From the NCBI GenBank assembly GCA_963837955.1, contig CAWIPH010000002.1:1120001-1184000 (forward strand): DNA of 64,000 bases. The letters run 5' to 3'. Source of the stretch: an uncultured Verrucomicrobiae bacterium. Its GTDB lineage: Bacteria; Verrucomicrobiota; Verrucomicrobiia; Chthoniobacterales; JAFAMB01. The translations under genes and the position numbers were made by a program. Positions 22,562 to 34,224 of the stretch are shown here, piece after piece. Positions within the stretch are counted from its first letter, which is position 1. Each line of letters starts with the position of its first letter. The notes under the pieces are model-generated. The model ran no database searches. It worked only from the letters and a program-made list of their open reading frames with translations, and was not told the origin of the DNA.

Positions 22562-24816
22562 GCACAGATGTTTTAGGTAAGCCCCACGATCGGATGGAGG
22601 GTCGGTTGAAAGTCACCGGAGGCCTGAGGTATTCGGGTGATCAGCCAATCGAAAACGTCGCCTATGGCTATCTTGTGACCAGCACTATCGCGCGAGGTGA
22701 GATCCGGGCGATGGACGTTTCTGAGACGGAGAAGTCGCCCGGCGTGGTGGCAGTCTATACCCCGTTTCATTCGCTAAAGCTCTATGACGGTCTAACTCAA
22801 GCGGAAGGAGCCAACAGTGGCGAGATCGATCCGCCGCTCCAGGATAACAAAATTCGATACTATGGTCAGATCATTGCATTAGTGGTCGCCGACTCGTTCG
22901 AGCAGGCCCGTGATGCCGCGGCTCGCGTAAAGGTGGATTACAAAGAGGAGCATCCGGTGGCCAGCTGGGAGGCAGGACTGACGCATGCATTTCCTCCGGC
23001 AGCAGTAGACGGCCAGAAACCCGCGGTAGCAATTCTCGCCAATGGGGTATCGTCGATCGACGACGTTATTCAAGGAACTGAAGTTGTACTTGAGGCGACT
23101 TATACAGAACCGATCTATCACCACAATCCGATGGAGCCGCATGCGACCACCGCGGTATGGGATGGCGATCGACTAACAACGTATGATGCGACTCAATTTG
23201 TGCCCGGGCAGCAACGAAATGTTGCGGCGATTCTGGGCGTGAATGAAGATAACGTACGGGTTATCTGTCCGTTCATTGGCGGCGGGTTCGGTAGTAAGCA
23301 GGCCGTTTGGACGCATTCGCCTCTCACTGCGGCAGCAGCGCGCGCTCTCAACCGGCCTATAAAGACGATTCTTACTCGCGAACAAATGTTCACGTTGACC
23401 GGCCATCGTCCCGCCCTCATCCAGCGTATTTCTTTGGCCGCAAACAGGGACGGTGTTCTCCAAGCGGTTAAACATGATGTGCATTCAACCGTAGGTTTTG
23501 CCGGCGTGTACGTCGAGGCCGCTGCCCAACGAACCTCTCGTTTCGTTTACAAGTCGCCGAATATCCAGGTGAGTCAGACATTGGTGCCACTCAACGTGGG
23601 AGCACCTACTTCCATGCGAGCACCGGGCGAAAGCCCAGGGATGTTTGCTCTTGAGTGTGCCATGGATGAGCTCGCCGTGAAGCTGGGGATGGATCCGATT
23701 GAGCTGCGAATGAAAAACTACGCAGAGGTTTATCCAGGAAGGAACGTTCCATATTCATCGAAAACTCTGGCGGAATCTTACCGGCTTGGAGCGGAAAGAT
23801 TCGGCTGGTCGAGGCGAAACCCAAAACCTGGTTCAGTCAACGATGGTGACTGGCTGGTAGGAATGGGAATGGCAACTGCAGTTTATCCGGGTCACCGCAG
23901 CAAGTCATCGGCCAAAGTCAGACTTCAGGCAGATGGAACAGCACAAGTGTCCTTGGCGACGGAGGACCTCGGGACTGGGATGTGGACGGTGGTAGCCATC
24001 ATCGGCGCGCAAAGTCTAGGCCTGCCGATAGAGAGAGTTCGTCCGGAAATAGGTGACTCAGCCCTTCCCCCGGCCCCGGTTGCTGGCGGTTCGCAGTCCA
24101 CTGCAAGTGTCGGTCCAGCAATTCAGAAAGCCGCCGAATCGGCAAAAACGAAGCTGATTCAGCTCGCAGTTCGGGACAAGAAGTCGCCTTTCAGCGGAAT
24201 GAAGGATGTTTCGTACGAAAACGGGCAGCTCCTCGGAGGAGGAAAGCGGGCAGACTTTGGTACGGTTTTGAATGCCATTGGCCGCGGATCAGTGGAAGCG
24301 GTAGAGACTGCGGCGTCTGGCGACGAACAAGAAAAATATGCGTTTTACTCTTTCGGAGCGCAGTTCTGCGAAGTCGCAGTCAATCAATGGACTTTCGAGA
24401 TAAGGGTCAAGCGAGTGACAACGGTCATGGACATCGGCACGGTAGTAAATCCCAAGACTGCACGGAGCCAGGTGATCGGTGGAATTGTGTTCGGCATTGG
24501 AATGGCTCTCCTGGAGGGTTCACACCTGGAGGAAACGACTGGACGCTATGCGAACGGCAATTTTGCTGACTACCTGGTAGCTACTAACGCCGACGTGCCG
24601 TACATCGATGTCCATTTTATCGGTAAGCCGGACACGATTTTCAATCCAGTTGGAGCTCGTGGGGCCGGCGAAATCGGTGTAACCGGAATCCCGGCAGCAA
24701 TTGCTAACGCGGTTTATAACGCGACCGGGCGGCGTGTGCGCGATTTTCCGATCACACTGGATAAACTTCTCCTCCCGACCCATGGCTTGGAAAGAGCTAC
24801 GGCAGATGATGTCTGA
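22558..24816 (+). CDS. paoC: Aldehyde oxidoreductase/xanthine dehydrogenase molybdopterin-binding subunit
   Basis: HNPMEPH, GGGFGSK, MRAPGE, GARGAGEIG. Confidence 0.88.
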   Translation: MSTDVLGKPHDRMEGRLKVTGGLRYSGDQPIENVAYGYLVTSTIARGEIRAMDVSETEKSPGVVAVYTPFHSLKLYDGLTQAEGANSGEIDPPLQDNKIRYYGQIIALVVADSFEQARDAAARVKVDYKEEHPVASWEAGLTHAFPPAAVDGQKPAVAILANGVSSIDDVIQGTEVVLEATYTEPIYHHNPMEPHATTAVWDGDRLTTYDATQFVPGQQRNVAAILGVNEDNVRVICPFIGGGFGSKQAVWTHSPLTAAAARALNRPIKTILTREQMFTLTGHRPALIQRISLAANRDGVLQAVKHDVHSTVGFAGVYVEAAAQRTSRFVYKSPNIQVSQTLVPLNVGAPTSMRAPGESPGMFALECAMDELAVKLGMDPIELRMKNYAEVYPGRNVPYSSKTLAESYRLGAERFGWSRRNPKPGSVNDGDWLVGMGMATAVYPGHRSKSSAKVRLQADGTAQVSLATEDLGTGMWTVVAIIGAQSLGLPIERVRPEIGDSALPPAPVAGGSQSTASVGPAIQKAAESAKTKLIQLAVRDKKSPFSGMKDVSYENGQLLGGGKRADFGTVLNAIGRGSVEAVETAASGDEQEKYAFYSFGAQFCEVAVNQWTFEIRVKRVTTVMDIGTVVNPKTARSQVIGGIVFGIGMALLEGSHLEETTGRYANGNFADYLVATNADVPYIDVHFIGKPDTIFNPVGARGAGEIGVTGIPAAIANAVYNATGRRVRDFPITLDKLLLPTHGLERATADDV

Positions 24817-25048
24817 GTTCGAGTGAAGTGACAAGCCGAAACCCTGCGTCCTTTAGACGCCGCAGCTGTGTTGACACCTCCGGATGCGGCGGTAGCGAGA
24901 GCATCCCTTTCAGGATTTGTTCGCGATCGCCCTGAGACACTTTCACCCCTCGGTAGGTAGCGACCATATCGAGAGCCGCCCCACCCAGTGTAGCGAGTTC
25001 CAAATAATAAAGCTCGTGACAGTTCGACGTGTGTAGGCCTGAGGCCAT
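24817..25048 (-). pseudogene. Internal fragment of a type II haloacid dehalogenase
   Basis: MLSLPPHPEVSTQLRRLKDAGFRLVT motif; both ends missing. Confidence 0.55.
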
Positions 25049-25310
25049 AGCCGACTTTTGTGGATGAGCAGATAAAGAAAGGCGCGTACTTCCCGAGAAA
25101 TAAAAACAACGTTGTTTCAGAGAAGCTAAGTGCTCTTTCCCAATTACCCGGAAGAGTCGTTCACCATCTAGTCATTTGGTTAGTTATTGTTCATCCTTCT
25201 GTGCGATTGCGAAGCCGGTCCCCATCTATCAGACTTAGTTTGTCAGGGACATCAAAGATAGCGCGAGGAATTCCTTGAGCTGCTTATGCACCAGTCACAG
25301 GAGATAAATA

Positions 25311-25709
25311 GTGAGTTGCCCAGAGCTACTTAATCGGTTGCATGACTTTCGGAGAGACTTCAACACGATAAACCGGTGGAAATTTCCTAAACTATCACCG
25401 GCCCCGCTGCAGAAATGGTTAAATTTCAATCTGGGCCAGGTTGATTATGCCGAGTTTCGCACGCGCCGAATGGATGTGGGGCCGAAAGCCCAGTCGCCCC
25501 TCGGAAAGAGTATGTCTGTCTACGTACTCCTGGTTTTCGTAGGATTGCTTCTTCTTTTGTTCCCAAGTTTCGGCATCCCCTTCGCGGCTGCTTGGTATCT
25601 TGCGATGTTTATCGCAATTGCTCATGACGCAGTTCGCAGCGCCCGCTGGAGGCGCGAGTCCGAAGTTAGTATCGTTCGCGTCATTCGAAGTAGTAGGAAG
25701 GTGAAATAA
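25311..25709 (+). CDS. Hypothetical membrane protein
   Basis: Two hydrophobic segments near the C-terminus. Confidence 0.5.
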   Translation: MSCPELLNRLHDFRRDFNTINRWKFPKLSPAPLQKWLNFNLGQVDYAEFRTRRMDVGPKAQSPLGKSMSVYVLLVFVGLLLLLFPSFGIPFAAAWYLAMFIAIAHDAVRSARWRRESEVSIVRVIRSSRKVK

Positions 25710-25829
25710 TGCCGCGGGCAGTGAGTGAAAGAGATTGGTGCTTCAGGTGCTCGGAGCATACCCAACCGGAGATACCGCTTAGTCAAGAATAGGCGGAGTT
25801 TTTAAACGTTAAGATAAATAAGAAAAAGA

Positions 25830-26833
25830 ATGAAATATCGACCATTAGGAAAATCTGGAATCCAAGCTTCGGTGGTGGGCTTCGGCGCCTGGGCAATAGG
25901 CGGATGGATGTGGGGTGGCACTAAGAAGAACGATCCGGAAGGAGCGATTCACGCAGCCATTGATCACGGAATCAACTTGATTGATACCGCTCCCATGTAC
26001 GGTTTCGGCAAGTCGGAAGAGCTTGTCGGCGACGCTCTGAAGGGCATACGCGATAAGGTCGTGCTCGCAACTAAGTGTGGCATGGTCTGGTACAAAAAAG
26101 AGGGCGACAAATTTTTCGACGCTAACGAAACAGGCGAGGCAGAAACCGAAGAGGATAAAAAGTACGAAGTCTATATTAATCTTCGTCCGGCAATGATTCG
26201 GTACGAGATTGAACAGAGTCTTCGCCGGCCAAGACTGATTGGATTGATCTTTACCAAACCCATTGGCAAGACTCGACTACAAAGACCGAAGACGTGATGG
26301 CGGAGCTGATGAAGCTTAAACAGGAAGGCAAAATTCGCGCCATCGGTTGTTCGAACGCCACGATCGACCAGATGAAACGCTACCAAGCCGTTGGACAGCT
26401 CGATACCGATCAAGAGCAGTACTCCATGCTTCAGCGCCAACATGAAACGGACAACCTTTCGTTCTGTCGCGCGAACAATGTCGCGTTTCTTGCCTACTCG
26501 CCGATGGCACTCGGCATTCTGAGCGGAAAAATCGGTCCCGATCACGAGTTCGGCGAAGGAGATGTCCGTCGGGATAAACCCTGGTATCAAAAGGAAAACC
26601 GACCCAAGGTGGATGCACTCCTGGATGTCATTCGCTCGGTTGCAGAGGACAAAAGAATTACCATCGCTGAAACGGTTATAGCTTGGACTCTGGAACAGCC
26701 GGGCTGCTCGCACGCGTTGGTCGGCGCTCGCAATCCCGACCAGGCAATCGCCAACGCGAAAGCCGGCGAGGTTGAATTGACCGAGGAAGAGCTTTGGATG
26801 ATTCGCAAGGCGGTCAATCAAACTAAACTGTAA
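25830..26833 (+). CDS. Aldo/keto reductase (frameshift near 26225)
   Basis: GFGAWAIGG, IDTAPMYG, LATKCG, EGKIRAIGCSN, AYSPMALGILSGK. Confidence 0.88.
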
Positions 26834-27149
26834 ATCGACTAATCGTAAGCCGGTGATCACGGATCACTCCCTGGCCAGCGACTATAGCAACACGGAGACC
26901 GCTCAATGAAAGTTTACGAGGTGGAATGTGGGGCAGTAATCACACTTACAGCAAAGGATATGCAAAAAGCTGCATTACATGGCGCGGCGGCTATTAAAGA
27001 TAATCCGCATCTGATTTATGTGAGAGCCGTTCACGAGAGGAATTTTGAACCCGCTTGGGAAGATCCTAGCGCGAAAAACTCACAAAGAGATTCAATATTT
27101 GCAACGCTACCGACCTGTCCCACTTTCTTTGTTGGAACAGTCTGAGTTC

Positions 27150-27404
27150 ACTGTGTTCGCTCAAGCCGTTGCCGTCGGCAAGGTTTCCGGAGGCGCTTTC
27201 AACCCCGTCGTCGCCATTGGCGTTGCTGTGCTGGGGCTGGCCAACGGGGCGAATCTCTGGATCTATTGGCTCAGCGAGTTTCTAGGTGCCGGTGTCGCGG
27301 CGTTTTACTTTCTCGTTGTTAATCTGGAAAAGCCACACGAGCCGTCAGTAGCCTTCCACGATAGAGCGCAGGAGCCAACTAACCAAATTATCCGCGCTGT
27401 GTAA
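27150..27404 (+). pseudogene. C-terminal fragment of an MIP/aquaporin channel
   Basis: GKVSGGAFNPVVAIG...LWIYW..EFLGA; N-terminal half absent. Confidence 0.65.
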
Positions 27405-27498
27405 CGCCCGCCTGGCAGCGCGTCATAACTGGCTGCCGGCTCTATTATACCGAGACCGGAAATACCGGTCGAATCACACAATTAACTCTAACTAATTA

Positions 27499-28968
27499 AT
27501 GAATATGGCTAAAAAGAAAAAAACCGAACGCTTTACCAATGCAACCGGTGCTCCCGTACCGGACAACACAAATATTTTGACAGCCGGTCGTCGTGGTCCG
27601 GCTCTACTCCAGGACATCTGGCTGATCGAGAAGCTCGCACACTTTGATCGCGAGGTCATTCCTGAGCGCAGGATGCATGCCAAAGGCTGGGGGGCGCATG
27701 GAACTTTCACGACGACTCACGACGTCACAAAGTACACCAAGGCAGCGATTTTTTCGAAGATTGGAAAGCAGACGCCTATGTTCGCGCGCTTTTCGACCGT
27801 CGCTGGGGAACGCGGGGCGGCCGATGCGGAGCGCGATATCCGCGGGTTTGCTCTCAAGTTCTACACCGAGGAGGGAAATTGGGACATCGTCGGAAACAAT
27901 ACTCCAGTCTTTTTCTTCCGCGATCCTCTACGCTTCTCTGACCTCAACCACGCTATCAAGCGCGACCCCCGCACCGGTCTTCGGAGCGCTCAGAATAACT
28001 GGGACTTCTGGACTCTTCTTCCAGAGGCACTCCATCAGGTCACAATCGTCATGTCCGACCGCGGAATTCCAAAGTCCTTCCGGCATATGCATGGCTTCGG
28101 AAGTCACACCTTCTCGATGATCAATGCCGAGAACAAGCGCACTTGGGTGAAGTTCCACTTCCGCTCACAGCAAGGTATTGAAAATCTCACGGACGAAGCT
28201 ACTGCTGCGGTTGTGGCAAATGATCGGGAGAGCCATGGCCGAGATCTATTGGAGGCAATCGAACGTGGAGATTTTCCGCGTTGGACGCTCTTCATCCAGG
28301 TAATGACAGAGCAACAGGCAAAGACACATAAGCACAATCCTTTTGATGTGACCAAAGTCTGGCCCAAGGCTGACTACCCGCTGATCGAAGTTGGTGTAAT
28401 GGAGCTCAATCGTTATCCGGAAAACTACTTCGCAGAGGTGGAGCAAGCCGCCTTCTCCCCGGCGAATGTGGTTCCCGGAATTGGCTTCTCTCCTGACAAG
28501 ATGCTCCAGGGCCGGCTGTTCTCTTATGGAGATACCCAGCGATACCGCCTCGGTGTTAACTTCAATCACATCCCTGTTAACGCGCCGAAGTGTCCATTCC
28601 ACTCCTATCACCGCGATGGCCAGATGCGCACAGATGGAAACCTGGGAGCGACGACGACTTATAACCCGAATAGCCAGGGATTGTGGGACAACCAACCGGA
28701 ATACGCTGAGCCGCCGCTCACGCTCGAAGGCGACGCTAGTCACTATGACCACCGCTTAGAGGATGATCACTGGGAGCAACCGGGCGATCTCTTCCGGAAG
28801 ATGACCCCTAAGCAAAAGCAGTTGCTCTTCGACAACACGGCTCGCGCGATCAATGGCGCCTCTCAGGAGGTCCTGGAGCGGCATGTTGCGAACTGCAGAA
28901 GAGCCGATCCTGCCTATGGCGATGGTGTGGCACGAGCATTGAAGCTGAATGTTGCAAAGGCCGCCTAA
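27499..28968 (+). CDS. katA: Monofunctional small-subunit heme catalase
   Basis: [50 protein letters not shown]. Confidence 0.95.
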   Translation: MNMAKKKKTERFTNATGAPVPDNTNILTAGRRGPALLQDIWLIEKLAHFDREVIPERRMHAKGWGAHGTFTTTHDVTKYTKAAIFSKIGKQTPMFARFSTVAGERGAADAERDIRGFALKFYTEEGNWDIVGNNTPVFFFRDPLRFSDLNHAIKRDPRTGLRSAQNNWDFWTLLPEALHQVTIVMSDRGIPKSFRHMHGFGSHTFSMINAENKRTWVKFHFRSQQGIENLTDEATAAVVANDRESHGRDLLEAIERGDFPRWTLFIQVMTEQQAKTHKHNPFDVTKVWPKADYPLIEVGVMELNRYPENYFAEVEQAAFSPANVVPGIGFSPDKMLQGRLFSYGDTQRYRLGVNFNHIPVNAPKCPFHSYHRDGQMRTDGNLGATTTYNPNSQGLWDNQPEYAEPPLTLEGDASHYDHRLEDDHWEQPGDLFRKMTPKQKQLLFDNTARAINGASQEVLERHVANCRRADPAYGDGVARALKLNVAKAA

Positions 28969-29107
28969 CATCACGGATCAGGCCTCCAACTTAACAGTTC
29001 TTTCTAGAAAGGAATGAGATTATGCGCATGCCTCGCGAACACCCAAAACCGGCCAGCTTTAGCGACTTAGGACGTTGACCGGATGGGGGAAGCTATCCTC
29101 CATCCGC

Positions 29108-29318
29108 GTGAGCAATGTCTTGAACGACGAAAAGAAACAGCAAGCGATCGAGCTGGGGCGGCTGGGCTGGTCGCTGCGACGGATTCAGAAGACCGTCGGG
29201 GTGCGTCGGGAGACGATCTCCGTCTACTTGAGAGCCGCGGGAATCGCAATGCGGCCGCCCCGCGGACAGATCATACCGGCAAAACCGGCCAGCCAGAGCG
29301 ATGAGGTGATCACCGACC
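29108..29318 (+). pseudogene. IS21-family transposase (IstA) N-terminal remnant
   Basis: SNVLNDEKKQQAIELGRLGWSLRRIQKTVGVRRETISVYLRAAG HTH, ending after VITD. Confidence 0.65.
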
Positions 29319-29815
29319 TATCTGTAATTACTCTTCATGGTCTCGGCTATCCGCTTGCTGGGATTTACTGGATGCTCCAGCGTGGATGCCGGGGCAGGAA
29401 AAGGATTCCACACTGCATTGATCGGAAAGATGAATCCCCAGCCCAATCAGAATGAGGATGTTGTGGCAGCGAACCGAGATTGGTATCAGATGAGATGAGC
29501 GAATAGGAATCGCTGTCGGCGGTCCCGATCCATCCACCGCATCCTGATTGTCAGAAAAGTTGATCCTAGATCCACAAGATTCTCCACTGACTAGTTTTTA
29601 GAGGCTCGGGCTCAGCATCACCAGCTAGAAATATTGTCAAAAATCAGAATCAATTTCGATATTTTGAAGAGCCTGAGCAGAAAAACGGTCGATATGTTAA
29701 ACAAGGGCGAGAGATAGAGCGCTCCGCCTGGCGAAAGCTTCTAAAGGAAATATCCAACACAAGTTCAAGGAGAGCGCCAACCGCTGACCGTAAAATTCTT
29801 TTTAGGCGCACCCCA

Positions 29816-30223
29816 ATGGAGCGAGCAGAGATCGCCGAACTGTTTTACAACGCTCTCATTAATTTGAACGATCTTGAAATGATGGATCGATTCCTGTCAG
29901 CCAGGGTTCAATGGACCCTCTCGGCAGCTGATCCCCACACTTTGGGTGAGGAATCCCCTCCGAATGCCATTACATTTTCCGGGAAGCAAGGTTGCCGACA
30001 ATTGGCGCTGTATTTCCAAGAGAGCTTAAAAGTGTCTTCCGGAGATCTCACAGGCTGTATTAGCCACCATCAACTGGTTTTCGTATTCGGAAGGGTGCGA
30101 TTGGGCGAGCCTGCCGGCGATCGGTTCGCAGAAACTAACCTCGCCGCCAGGCTCACATTCCACGGCTCTAAGATCATCAAAGGCCAGATAAGAATTTCAT
30201 GGCCGCTGCCTCTGAGATGCTAA
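29816..30223 (+). CDS. NTF2/SnoaL-like hypothetical protein
   Basis: 135-aa ORF with an NTF2-like pattern (FYNAL..D...FLS..VQW; VFVFGRV). Confidence 0.45.
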   Translation: MERAEIAELFYNALINLNDLEMMDRFLSARVQWTLSAADPHTLGEESPPNAITFSGKQGCRQLALYFQESLKVSSGDLTGCISHHQLVFVFGRVRLGEPAGDRFAETNLAARLTFHGSKIIKGQIRISWPLPLRC

Positions 30224-30536
30224 TAGGGTCACCTATCTTATCTCCGGGTCCGACGCCGGCAGCACCTAACGTGAGTGTCGTCACCGTAGGCGCCACCTTT
30301 ATCGATTTTAAATGGAATCCTGTTCCGCTAGCCACGGGATACATTTTCCAAGCTCTAACCGTTGACTCTAACTTCAATATTTTGAGTAACGTTGCCTTCG
30401 TCACGCGAGGAACCGCTATCAAACTGACGGGCCTTGCTCCGAATACTACTTACATAATCTCAGCCTACGCCGTGAATGAGCACGGATCCGGCGTAGATAA
30501 TCTCCCCGCGATTACTACGGCTGCACATTAGTTAAC
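30207..30536 (+). repeat. Direct repeat of 20142-20469 (orphan FN3-encoding 3' end of the S53 gene)
   Basis: Near-identical ~330 bp with a few substitutions and two 1-bp indels. Confidence 0.92.
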
Positions 30537-30627
30537 GCGGGCGAGCAATTCGAGCGTCGCGCTCAGCCGGGGGCCGGCGCGATTGCGGGTAAACGGGCGC
30601 CGCTAACGCCAGGAGTTTACTCAGCTA

Positions 30628-31349
30628 TATGGCAAGGAATGCCTCGATCTGAAAGGCGTGGACTACGATGCAATCGCGATGCTCAATGTTAGCGCCGCCC
30701 AGGAGTTGGCTAAGAAGGTCGAAGCTCTGGAAGCCGAGAATGCGGAGCTCAAATCCCACACCCATAGACTTGCCACTCTTGAAGTCCGGACAGAAGCATT
30801 GGAAGCTGAGAATATCAGACTCAAGGCCGACCGCGATAAATTCGCCGCTCTGACCGCTCGGATGGAAGCGCTGGAGAAATCTGTTAGCTCTAAAAGAAGT
30901 GGCAGCGAAACCATCCGTCGCGTCGCTTTGAATCAATAGCGTCAGCAACCGGCGGATCACTCAGTGAAACGGCCTTCTGACGAGCGGCGCGCCGCTGGGG
31001 CTTGCCTCTTAAGCTAATGACTCAGCCGGACCCGAAAACAACGGCTGCGCGAATTCCGGGAGGCATCATTGAAGTTTTACGCCCTTCGTCTCGTCAGACG
31101 ATCGAGGAGTATTGCACTCAAGCGGTCCCCTTTTATCCGCTTGTACGAGCAAAATACTTCTGATCTCCAACTATGAAATTAACGATCGAACTCGAAGAAC
31201 CGTACGCCAAAGAGCTGGAGCTACGGGCGTACAGAAGTGGCCAAACCGTCAAGGAGTACGTCGAAGAAAGCATGAGGGCGAACGTAGAAGCAGACATGTC
31301 GTTCGACGAAAAGACTGCCCTGCACAAGGAACTCGCCGAGAGAATTTGA
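30628..31349 (+). repeat. Diverged duplicate of 33673-34401 (orphan 3' end of an S74 fibre gene plus downstream small gene)
   Basis: YGKECLDLKGVDYDAIAMLN...RVALNQ* and the downstream sequence align with scattered substitutions. Confidence 0.9.
31173..31349 (+). CDS. 58-aa protein, ribbon-helix-helix-like (copy 1)
   Basis: MKLTIELEEPYAKELELRAYRSGQTVKEYVEESMR...; ORF conserved in the duplicate. Confidence 0.6.
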   Translation: MKLTIELEEPYAKELELRAYRSGQTVKEYVEESMRANVEADMSFDEKTALHKELAERI

Positions 31350-31504
31350 ACCCGCGGTAATGCGCTTCGGTCAATCCGCACCGTGCGGAATTTGATCTCG
31401 GTCCAGGCATTAAACCAGCCGGTCGAGAATCGCCACCAAAGCGGCAAGCAGAATCTCCTCCCGGACCTCTAGCCGGTCGGTGGTCCAGGCGAACTTGACG
31501 CCGA

Positions 31505-31759
31505 ATGAGGCTTGGGCGTTCCTTTCTGGTGTCGCTCAGAGGCTTACTTGCCCTAGTAGGATTGGCAATCGGCTTTGCTTTGTTTGCCACTCTGCTTTTC
31601 TCCGGCTGCGCAAACGGCCGGCAGCAAAAAACACCCGTGAGTACCCACGCGAGAGACCAGGGCGGTGTTCCACCAAGTTGGGTCGATTTTACAAAAGACC
31701 CGAGAGCTCAAACGGGCGACACGTACCCGCTGGGGCACAAGGGTCTTGGGACCCCTTGA
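31505..31759 (+). CDS. Small putative lipoprotein
   Basis: Hydrophobic N-terminus ending LFSGC. Confidence 0.45.
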   Translation: MRLGRSFLVSLRGLLALVGLAIGFALFATLLFSGCANGRQQKTPVSTHARDQGGVPPSWVDFTKDPRAQTGDTYPLGHKGLGTP

Positions 31760-32536
31760 TGCAATGCTATGAAATTGCCTCGTGCGACGACCAACGCGGC
31801 AGATCTGCACCCGAGCGTTGTGGAGCTTGATGTGTTCCGCTTCCTTCCTACGTTACGAACTCTCCGAGAATCACAAATTACCGAATCGGCGGTGAACCGA
31901 CAGCATGAGGTCACGATAAAAGCTCTCGACGATCTGCGGGAACTAGTACATCCCGCCAAGAAGAAATAACAAATCCACTGTGTTAGCTGTGGCTCACACT
32001 CTATATAGGCGCATGCCGTTCGCGTGGTGACCGTGGACGCGTCTTGATCTCCTGCTGCGCCATCCCCTAGCGCGCACGCATGCGCGTCTCCCACCGCTCA
32101 AGTGATAGCGGCCGGCCCCTCCTCGACCAGGCGCCTATAAAACGTTGGGTCCTCCCAACCACCCCCCCATCACGGGTGCGTTAACGACCCATTTATCCAG
32201 CAGCGACACCGTTTCCTGATTTTCATTTCCTAGCCGAACGGACTCCATTTGCCTGGGAGGAATTAGAATAACCAGGAAATGAGTCGATTCTCATTTCCGC
32301 CCCGACCGATCGAGTGACCCGTTGTTAGTCGTAGCGAGCGAATGACTTGCTACCGATAATCGTCGATCATTAACTAACAAGATCAAGTACTATTATGCAA
32401 TTCTCCATTTCCGCTTCCGTTGTCGCCTACGCAGGCCATCGCGGCTACACTGCGAAGCTGGGGCGATGCGGCAGCAGAGTTGAAGCCGTTCGATGCGGCA
32501 GATTTTCGAGCGAACCAAGCTTCCCCACTCGTCTCG

Positions 32537-32692
32537 CATAGTACTGACGTATTATAATACTAAGGTACTATATTCCGTTTCTACTAAAAGCTTGCTGGCT
32601 AATCGGCCTTTCTATACACGCAGATCTGTAAGCGTGAATCCGGCCAATTTATGCAGCTGTTTCCTTTCCTAACCAGCGGGATGGTTAACCCA
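32537..32692 (+). promoter_or_regulatory. Upstream element of fibre gene A: two 16-bp units plus a 66-bp conserved block
   Basis: Both parts recur upstream of the second cluster (37514-37567 and 37981-38047). Confidence 0.55.
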
Positions 32693-32841
32693 CTACTCCT
32701 CTTTCTAACCCTACTCATTCGCATCACTCTCGTTCGCCGGCATCGCCCACGCGTAGCCGACTGGAGATGAAGTGGAAACAAAAACCCTCGGGCAAAGACC
32801 CAAAGTAAGAATACCTGGTCGCGTCTCGGAAACAATACATC

Positions 32842-33984
32842 ATGAAAACCCAAAATAATGTTAGCTGTCTGCTATTTGCGACTTGTGCTTCCGCTATGCT
32901 GCTTTTTGTATCGAGCGCCATAGCCCAGAATGTCGGGATCGGGGTTAGTAACCCGCAGTCCAAACTCACTGTTAACGGTAACCTTGCTGTCGGGAGTGGC
33001 TTCAACGTGGCCGCGCCGCCTAATGGCGCGATTATTCAGGGGAATCTAGGCATCGGTACGACTACACCTTTCGCTCCGTTACATGTGGTCCCGGGCATTG
33101 GTATTCAAGTGAATGTCACTCGTAGTTACTTCGGCAATACTTCCACCACCCTTTCTCACGATACGGAAACGGCTACTGAGACCGCCTCTGCCATCTTCGC
33201 TGGTCACGTTTGGTGCGGCTTCGATTTCATTGCCTATAGCGGAACTCTTACCGCCTCCGATGCACGTTTAAAGAACATCATCGGACGTTCGGATAGCGCG
33301 AAAGACCTCGAGATACTCAAGAAGATCGAGATCACCGATTACACGATGAAGGACGAAGTAAGCATGGGAAATAAGCCGAATAAAAAGGTGATCGCACAAC
33401 AAGTGGAAAAAGCTTATCCAACGGCCGTCCATACAATTGGTTTCAAGGGAGCCACGTTCACGCCTGACATCTATGCGACGGCCAGTTCCGTCAAATCCGA
33501 GAAACCAGATATCTATAAGATCGGCCTGCCCAAAGCACACGGTCTGAAAGATGGCGATACGGTTCGTTTGATTACGCCGAAGAATCCCGAGCTTACTGTC
33601 GTAGCTCACGTTGTGGACGATAAAACGTTCACAGTGATGACAAAAGAGGTGCTCGCCGACAAAGTATTTGTTTACGGAAAGCAATGTCTCGATCTGAAGA
33701 GCGTGGATTACGATGCAATCGCGATGCTCAATGTCAGTGCCACCCAGGAACTGGCGAAGAAGGTCGAAGCGCTGGAAGCCGAGAATGCGGAGCTCAAATC
33801 CCACACCAACAGACTTGCCACTCTGGAAGTCCGAACAGAAGCGTTGGAAGCTGAGAATATCAGACTCAAGGCCGACCGTGATAAATTCGCCGCTTTGACC
33901 GCTCGGATGGAAGCGCTGGAGAAATCTGTTAGCTCTCAAAGAAATGGCAGCGAAACCATCCGCCGCGTCGCTTTGAATCAATAG
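32842..33984 (+). CDS. Secreted tail-fibre-like protein with peptidase S74 intramolecular chaperone (paralogue A)
   Basis: Signal peptide, QNVGIGVSNPQSKL, SDARLK cleavage motif, VIAQQVE, VDYDAI, C-terminal coiled coil. Confidence 0.88.
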   Translation: MKTQNNVSCLLFATCASAMLLFVSSAIAQNVGIGVSNPQSKLTVNGNLAVGSGFNVAAPPNGAIIQGNLGIGTTTPFAPLHVVPGIGIQVNVTRSYFGNTSTTLSHDTETATETASAIFAGHVWCGFDFIAYSGTLTASDARLKNIIGRSDSAKDLEILKKIEITDYTMKDEVSMGNKPNKKVIAQQVEKAYPTAVHTIGFKGATFTPDIYATASSVKSEKPDIYKIGLPKAHGLKDGDTVRLITPKNPELTVVAHVVDDKTFTVMTKEVLADKVFVYGKQCLDLKSVDYDAIAMLNVSATQELAKKVEALEAENAELKSHTNRLATLEVRTEALEAENIRLKADRDKFAALTARMEALEKSVSSQRNGSETIRRVALNQ

Positions 33985-34224
33985 CGCGAGCAACCGACGG
34001 ATCACTTAACCCAGTGAAGCGGGCTTTCTGACGAGTGGCGAGCCGCCGGGGCTTGCCTCTTAAGCTAATGACTGAGCCGGACCCGAAAACAACGGCTGCG
34101 CGAATTCCGAGAGGCATCATTGAAGTTTTACGCCCTTCGTCTCGTCAGACGATCGAGGAGTATTGCACTCAAGCGGTCCCCCTTTTATCCGCTTGTACGA
34201 GCAAAATACTTCTGATCTCCAACT

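Noticed and set aside
32638..32656. Sigma-54 promoter in the conserved leader
   Set aside because: The GG-to-GC spacing is 9 nt rather than 10, and the second copy lacks the GG.
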